Of a stretch of DNA of 64,000 nucleotides, positions 39,482 through 52,704 are shown in pieces. Origin of the DNA: Proteromonas lacertae (lineage: Eukaryota); the NCBI GenBank assembly GCA_002245135.1, contig NGBS01000877.1, positions 62,001 through 126,000 on the forward strand. The letters are read 5' to 3'. The notes below the pieces were generated by a model. The model saw nothing but the letters and a program-made list of their open reading frames with translations. It was not told the origin of the DNA and did not search any database. Made by a program: the position numbers and the translations under genes. Every line of letters starts with the position of its first letter. The stretch's first letter is position 1.

Positions 39482-39497
39482 GGTGCTTTTAAGCACC
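39482..39497 (+). promoter_or_regulatory. Histone 3' UTR stem-loop
   Basis: GGTGCT-TTTA-AGCACC flanked by ACCA/ACAA, 37 nt after the H2A stop. Confidence 0.88.
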
Positions 39498-39716
39498 ACA
39501 ATCTAAATAAAAGAAATTGTCATTTAATTTTTATGTAATAATTATATGTAAGTTGATTGTTATTCTTTGATTTTGAGATTTAATTTATAATGCAAAATAA
39601 AACTTATAAAGCATCAAGTTATATGGAATTTCAGAAGATTAAAATAAAATATCTGAAGAGTTTATCAATATTAAATAACATTTATATTGTTAAAAAAAAG
39701 ATTTACAGTATTTAAA

Positions 39717-40826
39717 TTATAAATATTGATATTTTTTATTCAAGTCATTTAAATTCTTCACATTATCTGGTGATAGATTAATCTTCAAAGAATTATATTC
39801 ATTTAATTGATTTTTATACTTTCTTTCATTACTAGAAGCAATTCTAAATTTGTTAATCAAATCATTCTTTTCATTCTTCAAATCTTTAATTATTTTTTCT
39901 TGTTCACTTACTTTATTTTCATATTTTTCCAATCTTCTAATTAACTGGGTATTTTCCATTGAATCTAACTGCTTAACAACATATGATTCACACAAAGTCT
40001 TTGATGGTGATGAAAATGTAAAATTCAAACTTTTACTACTATTCGATGTGTTATTATACGATTCTGATGTATTGATTGAAGTATTTATTTCCTTTTTAGG
40101 CGTAATATATTTATTATTAGATGGTGAAGAGGTAGGATATCGCGATGGAGTTGAAGAACGAATCTATTTATTATGATTATGATTATTATTTATACTTTAG
40201 CTATTAAACTCTGTAAATTATTTTTATCTTTCAATAATCCCATTATTTTATCATCTTTTTGTTCTATTACATGTTTATAGGTTTTAATATCATTATATGC
40301 TGTATTCAATTGTTGTTTAAGTTGTTCATTCTTTATAGATATTTGGTCATTTTGATTTTGAATTTCTATTATTTCATTCTCAGCATTATCTAACTTTGTT
40401 GTATTTTCAGTATTTAATTTGGATAAATCTTGATGTGCATATGTCAATTCCATAAATTTCATACTTTGCTCTTCGTAATTCCTTTCTAATTCTGAATGAT
40501 CTCTCTTTAATTTCTATATTAGCATTATTTTATTTTTTATATACTTCTAAAGTTTGTAAACTATCATTTAACTGTGTTGATAAGTTTTCTTTATCATTTT
40601 CAAGTTGTTTGTTTATTGTTAAATATTGTTTGCTCTTTTCAGTTAAATCACTATTTATTTGTCTTATTTTTTCCATTAATTTATTCTGTTCGTCATACTG
40701 AACACAGATGTTCTTTAAATCTTTCTTCAGTTGAATGATTTCACCTATCATATGCTCCCTTTCATCTCTCCATTGTTTCCATACTCCGCCTACATGAACA
40801 GCTACAGTTTTATCATCATTTGACAT
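39717..40826 (-). CDS. Coiled-coil protein, three exons
   Basis: Three heptad-rich ORFs joined by short GT-AG introns. Confidence 0.65.
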
Positions 40827-40883
40827 TACTAAATTTAAAATTTAAAAATAGTGGCTTGAGGGCTTGAAATTTTCAATTACATA

Positions 40884-42375
40884 ATGGGTATTAATTAAAA
40901 GGAATATGAATCTATAGATGATGATAATATAGATGATGATCCGATAGAAAGGGAATTGGATGTTTATCTTTCTCAGACACTCTCAAATCAATTGTATTGT
41001 TAGTATTTCTATCAATTAGACATTTGCTACAGTTTCCTTTGATTCCTTGTACTAGATCATTAGATTTACCAACTACTGTATACATTTTTATTAATACAGA
41101 AATTTAGGTAGACTTTCGTCCTGATCATGAATTGTTAGAAATGAAAGTACCAATTATAGAAGACGAGACATTTGACAAAGATGCTCCGAAAGAACAAGCC
41201 ATTAAAGAAATACTCTATGAATCCACTAGAATAACTCCTCACTCTCAACAAGCAATTGGAATACTTAGAGAAGATTCTATTCATATTACTCCTGTATAAG
41301 GTAATATATTTCTATTAATTTAGTTGAAAGCATTATTACAGATGAGACCTTCTCGTAAGCATTTAGATTCTTCATTAATACAAGAATCATTAGCAAAAAA
41401 AGAAGAATCAAAAGAAGAAGAAATGAAAGAAATGAAAGTACAATACACACGTATAGAAAGTATAAAAGAAAAACAACAACGAATAACATTTTCACAAATA
41501 AAAAAAGCTGAAGAAGATGAAGATAAGATTGTATATATAAATAATTATGATATTTATTTATTATAATATAGTCATTAACAGTACATGGACAAGATTCTGA
41601 TTTTCTTGAAGAACAATCGCAATTATTATTATATAGAAATTATGAAGAAATATCAGAACCAGTACCACTGCAATCATCATTAATAACATATATAAATGAA
41701 TTAAAAGATAATGCAAAACCACCAATTTATAACATTAACACCATCAATAATAATAATAATAATCTAAAGAATGATAATAATAATAATAATAATAATAAAA
41801 GTTATAATAAACATTTGAATTTGATTGAATTCCATTATAAAAATGAAAGAGATCAAATATACTTGTTATTATATTATGGTCATATATTATCAACCAATGA
41901 AATTATAGATAGAATAAACCCTATAAATACTAACGATGAAAATATAATGTCCACTTTTTATAGTATATTAATGGAAAATGGATATTTAATTAGAAATAGA
42001 TGGATAAGTAAAAGTGAATTACATTATGAAGGTTATATGTGTTTAATTAGAGATATAATATTATATTTATTATATAAAGATGAATGTGTTAATCATGATG
42101 CGATATTAAATAAGTTTTATATTGATGCTAATGAATTAAATAAAATGGTTAGTGAATTTGCTGTGTATAATACATCAAAGAAAGGATATATGTTGAAAAA
42201 GGATATGTATGAAGAATATAGAGAGAATAAAGAAAGTATAATAATCCCAGAATCTGTAATTGAACAAGAAAAAAATATTATGGAATTATTATATCTGAAT
42301 AGAAGTAAAGAACTTCAAGAATATCATAATAAACTACATAATAGAGAATTACTTGTTAAACATAATAATAATCAA

Positions 42376-42409
<34 letters not shown>

Positions 42410-42947
42410 TTGGCTATAATATTAATAGTAACACATTTACATTTTCACCATTAGATCCTCTTGTTAAGAGTATAATTAAAGAACATGATGGTATTGTAAG
42501 AGAATCAGATTTAAGACAATATGTCAGTGAAGGAAAAAATGATCCAAAATATGCTAGTTATTTTGTTGATAAATTTCCTGAAGATTATTATAAGATTATA
42601 TCTTTTTTTTTTCATTCCACTTTTATCTATTATATTTCTTTAATTTATAATTTTTACTCTTTATCAAATGTTGCTATTTTCATACCGCAATCTACTGCTT
42701 ATATATTAAAGAGTATAGGAAATGAAGAGATTGATAAATATAGAGATATTATAATCAAATTATTATTACCAGGTCAATCTGTTCAAAAGAAAGTTATAAA
42801 GGTATTGTTGTTAATTTATTATTATAGGAGAAAATAAAGAGTGAATTGAAATTAAATTTGCCAGAACATACTTATTCAAAAATAATGAAAGAATTATTAC
42901 CAGTAGTTCAAAGTGGAATTGGTTGGACATTTAAGACATATTTGTAA
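40884..42947 (+). CDS. RPC5: RNA polymerase III subunit RPC5 (POLR3E/Sin-like)
   Basis: DDPIERELDVYLS, LLQFPL, IHITPV, LLQMRPS, LIRNRWISKS, RDIILY. Confidence 0.85.
42598..42657 (+). other. U12-type AT-AC intron (60 nt, in-frame, no stop) in RPC5
   Basis: 5' ATATCTTTTT, branch TTCTTTAAT, 3' TTTTAC; explains the odd ISFFFHSTFIYYISLIYNFY stretch in the ORF. Confidence 0.75.
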
Positions 42948-43077
42948 CAAATTAAATAAGTTACTATTCTCGATGTTTTATTGCTCTTTGATGTGTTGTT
43001 GGTGAGATAAATTTGAATTAATGAAACGACATAACCCAAACCATAATCAAATCTTTTTTTTCTGTTTTATTCATTAA

Positions 43078-43756
43078 ATGCCTAACACTACTCTTTCACC
43101 TAATCATACTGCATTTTTCATATGTGATATGCAAGAAGCATTTAGAAATGCCATATTCGAAATGGGTAGTGTGATGAATGCCACAAAAACAATGTTAGCA
43201 GCAGCTAGAGAATATAATATTCCTTGTATAATAACAGAACAATATCCAAAAGGACTTAAAAGCACAAGTATACTTTTTCTCTCTAATTTAAACAATTTTT
43301 ATAGTGGAGGAATATAATGAACTGATTAATGGTACAGGCGATCAAAAACCATTCCCAAAATTCGAAAAAACAAAATTCTCAATGATTACTCCAGAAGTTG
43401 AGAAGTATATAAAAGAGAATCTTACTCAAATCAAAACCATTGTGATTATAGGTATAGAAACACATGTTTGTGTTACTCAAACATGTTTTGATTTAGAAAA
43501 ATTGTCAATTCAACCAGTTGTAGTAGTAGATGGTGTATCTAGCATGACAGATTTTGACAGAAGAGTTGCATTAAATGTATTTATATAGTAAATCTTCATT
43601 ATTAAATAGAGATTACAACATTCTGGTGTTATTTTAAGCTGTGTTGAACAAGTTCTATTTGAATTAGCTGTTGATAGTCGTAATCCTCATTTTAAAGCTA
43701 TCAGTGCTTTAGTAAAAGAATTTAAAAAGGGTGAAAGAAAACTAGAAATGATTTAA
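43078..43756 (+). CDS. Isochorismatase-domain protein (ISOC1/2-like)
   Basis: CDMQEAFR, TEQYPKGL, KTKFSM, GIETHVCV. Confidence 0.92.
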
Positions 43757-43848
43757 ATATAATGAAAGTAAATATATTATTTAGTTTTATTTTAAAAATA
43801 CTAGCATAAAATAAATAATTCAATAATAAAAGAACGAAAATATATATC

Positions 43849-44173
43849 TTAATCATCATCGCCTGTATTAAATAAAACCTCAGATACAATTTTTCTAGAT
43901 AAGAATAAATAAAATAACTACATGAATATATACTTAGCTTGATTGTATGACATTAGAGTAGATGTTGCACATTTCATTTGAGCTCTGCCTATTGATGGTG
44001 TAGGAGATTTAACACACATGTCAAACGTTAAATTCAATAGTGCAATTTGGTATTTCTAATAAACTAAAAAAAAGGATGAAATACAGCCATTAAATCTATT
44101 TGAGCATATACAAATGCAGAATTGGGTCTATTTTAAAGATAGATAGAGATATATAAATGTACTGTTCACTCAT
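43849..44173 (-). CDS. Small Tim (Tim8/Tim13-like) chaperone with only the inner cysteine pair; 4 exons, missed by the ORF track
   Basis: Spliced MSEQPNSAFVYAQIDLMAKYQIALLNLTFDMCVKSPTPSIGRAQMKCATSTLMSYNQAKKIVSEVLFNTGDDD*; three canonical GT-AG introns keep the frame. Confidence 0.65.
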
Positions 44174-44406
44174 ATTTAATGATTATTCTAAATGATAAAA
44201 AATATAGTCGTTATTTTAGGTTATGAAATAAAATTAATTAATGCCATATATATCCTCTATGTCAAACTAACATATCTCAGATAGAGGGTTCATTTGATTG
44301 TAATAGTTCCATTAATAGTTTAATAGTAATATATTTTAAAGTAAAGTTTTGTCAGTTATGCAAAGCTTGAGATTATTTGCTCATTTATTTAATTTAATGT
44401 AAGTCA

Positions 44407-45562
44407 ATGATTGAGCGAGAAAACACTGAATTATACGTATCATTTACGAATATATATGCATATAGAGGAGTGCATACAGCTATTACATGAAACACAAAAA
44501 GAGAAGACCTTATTCTCATTTATTGGTTAGAGTTAGCAACGATTGTCATCAGCTGTTTGAAATTTTGTGCTGTATATAATATTATTGTATTATACTCGGT
44601 TAGTAAACAATTATGAAATTTCCAATTGGGAAGCAATTTATCTGAAAATATGGAAAGAAAATGATAATCTTCCGTATATTACTACCAGTCAGTTGATTCA
44701 GTCATTGAAATTGATAAACATTCCACTGTTTACTTTATTTTTTATGCCTTCATGTATTAGCTCATTAAATTATAATAATAAATAGGTAATCAGATAGATA
44801 TAAGTAGTTTTCTAGAGTTTATATGCATATTTACCTTCTTCCCAATATCTCAATTAATTCCTCGTATATAACAGTAATATTGATATATTTCTAATAGTAT
44901 TATTCTCCATAAATGGTATACAAAGCAATAAAACAATAAATGAACAACAAATTATATCATTTTGTGAATCTATAGCATTATCTGAAGATGATATGAAACA
45001 GGTAAATGCATGGATATCTTCAATGAATTTTAGTGAAAATGAATATATTGTGGTGAAGAAATTCAGTGCATTAGTTGAAAGCCATGAATCTATATTAAGA
45101 AATATTGATAAATGTAAAATGATTCTTATTGATAAAGTTATTGGATATAATTGCTATAATATAATAATGGAGAGGATTGGTTTTTATAGATTCGCTTCTG
45201 ATTGTAATACACGAATAGATTTACCTACTGAATCTTGTATTGAAAGATTTGAAAGATATTGTATTTCACATTTACCGCCAGCATACTACTATGACTATAT
45301 GTCAGTGAATTTAACGGAAGGGAGAGAGATGTATTTTTATAATTTAAGAAAAAGGTTCGGATATTCTCAAAGGATTAATTCAAGTTGTTGTAATTCCAAA
45401 CAACAACAACAGTTTGCTTTTGCAGATTCGTCTCATCTAGTATCTGTAAAGAGTGTCGGTTCAGTAACTAGTAATTCATCGCCTTATACACATATTAATC
45501 GTTATTGTATACATCAGGTATATCCTACCGAAGAATTTGTGCCTTCTAATATAAATAAGTAA
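44407..45562 (+). CDS. Hypothetical protein, multi-exon
   Basis: ATG at 44407, short GT-AG introns, long last exon; no recognised domain. Confidence 0.5.
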
Positions 45563-45722
45563 AGTATAGTATAAGTTATTCTCTTTTATGACCTATATGT
45601 TGAAATAGGATAAAAAGATTAAATCTTGAAACGTATCTATTTTTAATAAGTTCAAGTAAAGCTTGGCAAAATACATTTTAAATTTTTGACTAAAACACCA
45701 CAAATTAAAATAATTTTGCATA

Positions 45723-46662
45723 ATGTATATTTCATATTATTATATTATTATATTATGACTATTATTATTGAATTTATTTATACTGTAGGGATAAAACTGA
45801 CTTACCAACACCAAGGATAGAAGAAAGGAGAAGTTCGAGGAGTAGAAGTCATGATCACGGCCATTTAAGTCACAGTAGAAGCAAAAGTCACCACTCATAT
45901 TCACACAGATCAAAATCAAGATCAAAGTCAAGATCAAGGTCAAGATCAAGATCACGTTCTAGAAGTAACCATAGAAGTAATAATTATTACAAAAAGCCAT
46001 ATGAAAATAAAAATAATTATGGAAGTTATAGTGGAGGTAGAGGTTTTGGAGGAAGAAATGATAGAAACAATGATAGATATAATAATAATAATAATAATAA
46101 TTTTCAACAGCCGCCAGTATCAGCAGGAAGAGGAAGAGCTAGAGTAATTCCAGCTTGGATGACTCGTGGTGAAGATACTAATATCACATTGACAGTGCCA
46201 TTGTCTACTAATAATGAACAAAAACCACAAACAACATCATCGTCAACATCATCATCATCATATTCTACTACTTCATACCCTCGTGTTGAGAATAACAATT
46301 ATAATTACAACAATAGAAGCAGTAATACATCATCATATAACAATAGATATAATAATAGCTACAATAACAATCGAAATTACAGTGATAGAAATAGAGATTA
46401 TAATCGAAGTGATTTTAAGATCCCCAAAATAGATGATAAATATCAATCATCACATAGTTATCATTCTTCCACATCATCTTCTTCATCTCATGGAAATAAT
46501 AATAATTCTAGCAGTAATTATCACTCATCATCTACTCGCGCTGTGGATTCATCTGTAGATAGTTTACCTCCTCCTTGGAAAGCTGTGGTAGATAAGAATA
46601 CTGGTAAAACATACTATTGGAATACTGATACAAATATAACAAGTTGGGAAAAGCCTAAGTAG
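45723..46662 (+). CDS. RS-repeat/RGG low-complexity protein with C-terminal WW domain
   Basis: RSRS repeats, GRGRARVIPAWMT, LPPPWKAVVD..GKTYYWN..TSWEKP; start codon split by intron 45725-45788. Confidence 0.85.
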
Positions 46663-46745
46663 ATTATATATTTTAATATTTTTCTTATATTGTGTTATGT
46701 ATAAATTAAATGAAGAACAACAAAAATAAATACAAAATTAAACAT

Positions 46746-47194
46746 TTATGATTCTTTTTTAGGTTCTGGTTCTGATTTATTTGTATTTGTATTGGACGAA
46801 TTAGGATTTGATATTAAATTAAGTGCTATCCCTTGTTGAATTGCATTCTCTATAATTTATACAAATTATATGTTATACCTTGATCTAGTTTCAATTGTAT
46901 ATCTAAATTATTGATTGACGTTATTCTTCTTTTTAATTCATTCTCTGACAAACTCTGTAATCCTTTAATTATCTCAGCTCCATCATTAGTAGCATTTTCA
47001 CACAAAAAGTCATATAATTTTCTACATTCTATGGGAACATCTATTCCAGATGGTACTGGAACAATCTAATATGTAATAACAAGTAAATACTGGAATGCCT
47101 GTAAGTGATTGATTCTCAATTACTTTAAATATCTGTGTATGTAATAGAAGATTATTTTTATATATAAGAATACTCCGTCATTTCTCGAACTCAT
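46746..47194 (-). CDS. LIN52: LIN52-like (MuvB/DREAM subunit); 4 exons, missed by the ORF track
   Basis: Spliced IKGLQSLSENELKRRITSINNLDIQLKLDQENAIQQGIALNLI parallels the LIN52 C-terminal domain (L.ELGSL....L..KV..L.N.AYQLGLDE..EMTRG..LNI). Confidence 0.6.
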
Positions 47195-47349
47195 TAAAAG
47201 AAAGATTTAAATTTCAAAAATAATTTGAGAGTAATCAAGCTTACATTAACAAATACCTCAAAAAAACATTGAATATAAGTTATTAACAATAATTTAAATT
47301 ACGAAAATGATAAATACAGATTATAATTTAATAATTCTTTCAATATTAA

Positions 47350-49228
47350 TCAAAATGAAAACTGAGCCTTGAAGATCTTCTCTTCCTATACAATATATAA
47401 TAATAATAAGAAATCATACACGGAAGCACTACTTCTTTTATTACTATTAGGACTAATCGAATTAACCAAACTCTCTTTTGCTTTTATGATTAATTGAAAC
47501 AAGGATTTCATCTGATCTTCACTATCAAACCAAACACAAAATGCCTTTGTCTTCTTTTCATTCTTATTTCCATCATTTAAACTACCATCATATGTAGGAA
47601 TACACCATAAATGGGGTTGTTCTCCAGATTCTATTGTTGATATTTGAATTGTTATTCTATTCAAATCAATTTCATATTTTGGTTTATATCCAAACACAGT
47701 TTTATTAGATATTAATAGAATATCGCTAAATAGCAATAGCCATCTTAATTGTTTATTATGATTACTTTTAGATTCACATTGTTTTGTTATTTTTATCATA
47801 TTATTATTGTTATTATTAGTATCAGATATATTAATTGGTTTAATTATTGAAGTGTTTACTATTAACAATCCTAAATCAGATAATAGTATTCTTCCTGGAA
47901 TAAGAATATCCTATTTATAAACAATAATTATATATATACTTCAATATTTAATTGTTCAGCAATTTCGAATAGTTTTAATTGATTTTCTTGTTCTCTTACT
48001 TGTTCATTCACTTCATTTGCTATTTTGTGAATATTTTCCATTGTTGTTTGTAGTAAATCATAATGTGGATGTGTTAATGGAATATGGGAACTTAAATTTG
48101 TAAAAAATAATGGATATTTATACAACCTTTGAACTGGTTCAATTAATAGTGATGGAAATTCATATTTAGTTTTTGCTTTTATTTGATCAAATAATAATGA
48201 AACATATGGGATTTTTAACAATTGTGTTAGTTTCTGACATGCTTTACCATACGAAGAACAATAAATAGAATATATTTTGAAATATTCTAATTTCTTATTG
48301 AAACAATCACATAGTTTTTTAATCCCTTCAGGTGATTCTTTTGTTTCCCAATCGCTTTGTTGTTCTATTAATTCATTCAATAATAACTATTAATAAATAT
48401 ATAAAGTGTAATTATTAATATACTGTATTTAGAGATTTTATTTGTTCAATAACTATAGGTATTAATATATTTACTTCACTTTCTTTCAAATACTTCCTTA
48501 TTCCTCTATCATTCATTAAAGTCTGTTTATAATCATTCACTAATATATTAACATGATTTACATATGATTGTTCTGTTTCTAATAATTCCTTGTAATTATT
48601 ATATCTATATTTAATATATTTATCTTCATTATGATAATGTGTAACACTATCATTATCACTATCTGAAGAACTGGATGAAAATGATATTGGAGGTAATATA
48701 GTCTAAATAATATATATATATATATATATATATAATTATTATTATTATACATTTGTTTCATTTTTTGTTGCTATTGCTTTCCTCAATTCCATTAGAAAGG
48801 GTGATGTATAAGATATTGCTTTAGCCTTTTTATAAAATGGACGTTGGTATATTGGCTTATCATCATCAGGAATTGGAGGTGGTTGAGGATGATGGTTAAT
48901 TGATGAACTGTTGATATTCATTGGAGGTAGTTGTTGTGGTTTGGCAATTAATGGCGAAGAATTAGATGAACTATACTCTAGTTTTATTGCTTTCGGTGGT
49001 ACAAAACCATGATGAAGAGATGGTAATTTTGATGGTGAATCTTTAGTATTTCTTGTTGGAAGTCGTGCTCCTTCTGGTAGTGGCATTATCTAAAGACAAT
49101 TATGAAAAAATAAAATCATTCTATTGGTAGATTGTTCAATCTGACAGAGTCTCTGACCCTGGATCCAATTTTCTAAAACATGAATCTAGATGTAATACGT
49201 TTTCTCCTATATTATTATCAGAAAACAT
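47350..49228 (-). CDS. RhoGEF (DH-PH) with Pro-rich N-terminus
   Basis: ELLETEQSYV, FKIYSIYC, SLLIEPVQRLYKYPL, LLLFSDILL; 5' exons uncertain. Confidence 0.88.
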
Positions 49229-49321
49229 TTATATGGTTATTAAATCCTATTTTGAAGTGATTGATTGAAAATTAAATCCGTTTCAATATTTAAATTCAAA
49301 TTTCTAGTTTTAAATTTTGAG

Positions 49322-50825
49322 ATGTCTGAAGAGTATTATTCCCAATTATTGTACATACTATAGAGTTCAGCAAGAAATGAATCAAACTACACAAGATGAG
49401 AATTCTATACCATCAGTAGACTTACTTAATTACTATAGAGATCAAGTTAGCCAATTTGAAAATGAAAGACAATATGCTTTAAAGAGATTTGCAGATATAG
49501 AAGTTTCTTACGAACAATTACATAAAGCTAAGTGGGATCTTCACGTAAAAGAGGAAGAGATCAGTGAACTTCAAAAAGGTCTAAGTGATGCAAATGTATA
49601 CCTATTTGACGAAAGAGAACAGGTGCTACGATTACAAGCAGAAAATGACCAATTAAAAATGGAACAAATGGAAGATCGAAGAAGAATCCAACATTTATTA
49701 GCATTAACACAGCCAGTAAAACAAGAAGTTACATTCTTCAAGGACTGTCGTCCAGGTAAAGTAACACAATTACCACTATCTTCACAAAAAAATCCATTAG
49801 ATACACGAAAAGAAAAAACTAAAGATCGTTTTGGAAATATAAAATCAACTATTCCAGGTAAACCCGTCAATAATAATAACAATAACAGAATATTAAGGAC
49901 AATCTATATGCCATCTGAAAGAACTGATAGTTTGATACTAACAATAGAATCCTTACAAAATCAACTAAATGAAACACAGAGACTAAATGAAGAAAGATTA
50001 ACGAGTCTATTAGAAGATAGAAAGATGAGAGAAGATGAATATAAAGAGCATATAAATAAGATATTAAGTCAAAATATGTTGAATGAAGAAGAATTAAGAA
50101 AATGTCAAAAAATACTTCAAAAAACAACGAAAGACTTGTTAGAAGAAAGAAGAAAATATTCAATCAAAGAAAGGGAATATAATGAAACAATATTACAATT
50201 AAAAAGTGAAAAAGAATTATTAGAAAATCGATTAAATGAAGTAAGTCGATTATCAAAACTTCAAATTGAAAGTATTAGAAAACGATTAGAAAAAGAAAGT
50301 GAGTTATTAAGTGTCCATTTAAAAGATGAATTAATGAGTAAAGATGAAGATATTTATGTATTAAAAGAACAATATCAAAAAGTGCAAGAAATATGTGAAA
50401 AAAAACTGAGAAATAATGAAAATGAATTAAGAAAATGGAAAAAGAAATATAACGAGTTATTAAAACAAAGAAATTTAGAATTTGAAGGATATACTAAAGA
50501 TTTAAGTTATTTGAGAAACGAAAGTGAATATTTAATAAAAGAATGTGAAAAGAAAGGAATTGTAATTGGAAGTAAATTTAATTTGAAAAATACAACTAAA
50601 AATAAGAAAAATAAAAATGTTGATATTGGTAAAGAAATAGATAAGATTAGAAATAGATTTGAATATTTACAGAATAAATTAACCAAAAAAAGTGGAAGTG
50701 AGAAATCAACAAGTATTGAAGAAGAGGATGATGATGATGTTACTACTGAAGGTGACAAATTAACAACAAATAATGAAAATATTGATAGATCTAACAGTGA
50801 AAATAGTAGTAGTCGAGTAAGTTAA
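49322..50825 (+). CDS. CCDC77: CCDC77-like centriolar coiled-coil protein
   Basis: PSVDLLNYYR...EEEISELQKGLSDANVYLFDEREQVLRLQAENDQLK..EDRRRIQHLLAL; start MSEE with a 31-nt first intron. Confidence 0.85.
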
Positions 50826-50995
50826 CTTATTTGTTTCACATATTTATATAATCCTTTTTGTTATGAACTTTTGATTCTGTATTAACAATACGCTCCATCA
50901 TAGTTATCAAATTATTCTTAACTATAATCCTTTTTTCTTTAAATAATGTTGAATATGAAAAACAAAAATATATTCGTTTCATTTTCATTTTAAAA

Positions 50996-52500
50996 ATGAA
51001 TTGTTTTGAAGATGAAGTATTAATCCCGATAATACCATCCGATGTTAAAGTAATTGTGCTATTTTATTAATGTAGATAAAAGAAAGAGTAGAAAAGGGCT
51101 ATTCTGAAGGAGATTTGAGAATCGAAAGACAAAATGATATTAAAATGGTGAAGATCCTGGATGTAAATAGTGTTGAAGAGATAAAGATATTTAAATTCTT
51201 AGAGAATAACTCTTTCATATCAGATTATTGTTCCTTTTCTATAAATTCCTCTCATATACAGATTATCGGATATAATATGATATTGGAAAGAGAATATTAT
51301 TGCAGAGATTTAGAAGAGATAATAAATTGTAAATTCTTGTTAAGTGATTTTGTTTGTGAAGTGATATGTTCATTATGTGATATTTTGATGATATTGAATG
51401 AATGTGATATAGATATAAGTAATTTGAAGAGTAATAATTTAGTACATGAAGGAGATAAAGAAATAAAGCTATGTGATTTATGTTTGAATGAATTAAGAAA
51501 AGAAGAAGATATGAGAATATATGACATATGCTTCACAAGCCCTGAAGAGTTGAATGGATTAGAATGTAATGAGAAAAGTGTAATATGGTCAATTGGATGT
51601 ATATTATATGAAATGATTAATAAGAAATTACCATTTAATGAGGATGATATTATGTATAATACTCTGAATAATATAATGAGATGTAAATACAGTATAGATG
51701 TAGAATGTGATGAAATGATGAAAGAAATGATAGAAAGAATGTTGAAAGTGAAGAGTGAAGATAGAATGAATTTGAAAGAGTTGAGAAAAGAAATGATAAA
51801 AATGAATAAAATTATTGTTAGATGAAATGGAATTTTTGGTTTGTAATGTAGATATAAATTTGAGTAATTTATCAATAGATGATGAAAGTGTGATATTATT
51901 AGCAAATAGAACTAATTCTATAAGCATTTATTGGAAAATAAATTTGAAAGAAAATTATAAGGAATAAAAACAATTTGTTCAAAGTCATTAGAAAAAGAAG
52001 AATATCCCATTATTCAAATGAAGAATTGGAATACTATTTGGATTATTGTATTAAAAAGAAGAAAAACAGTATTACAAAATATGATTTTTCAATGATTATC
52101 ACATCGCAATAATTAAATAGATTGATTATAAAAAACTTGATTTATCCAATAATAGAATAAGTTTTAAAGGATTAAAAGAATTATCAAATTCTTTACTAAA
52201 AGATGTAGAGTATATTTCGATATATAATAATCCAATTGGAGATAAAGGAGTAGAGATAATCTGTAAGAATTTAGATAAATATGTTTATAAAGATTGGAAA
52301 TATGGTTCGTAAACATTGAATCTATCAAGTATGTATTGCTTTGCTACATTTCTATAATATGAATAGATGTAGGAATGAGTAAAAAAGGAAAGAATATGTT
52401 AATGGAAAGATTGAATAGTTATAAGCCATTAGAAAAGATAAATCTATCAGGAAATGACTTTAATGAATATGAATAAAGATATATTATCTCGAATAAATAA
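50996..52500 (+). pseudogene. Pseudokinase-LRR gene, decayed
   Basis: Kinase fold lacking HRD/DFG (SNLKSNNL, DLC); downstream LRR part homologous to 62374-63240 but broken by deletions and stops. Confidence 0.7.
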
Positions 52501-52704
52501 ATATTACATTAATACAAGACGCAATATATTAAGTTGTTTTTGATTTTATTAAAATAAATAATGCACAATAAAACTTAGTATATAAATCAAAAAACATCCA
52601 TAAAACCTTTACAGCATTGTTTAAACACATTTTTTCTAGATTGTTCGGATTTTACCCGAAAACTTTATAAATCCACATTTTTCATCGATTTAAACAGTTT
52701 GTAA

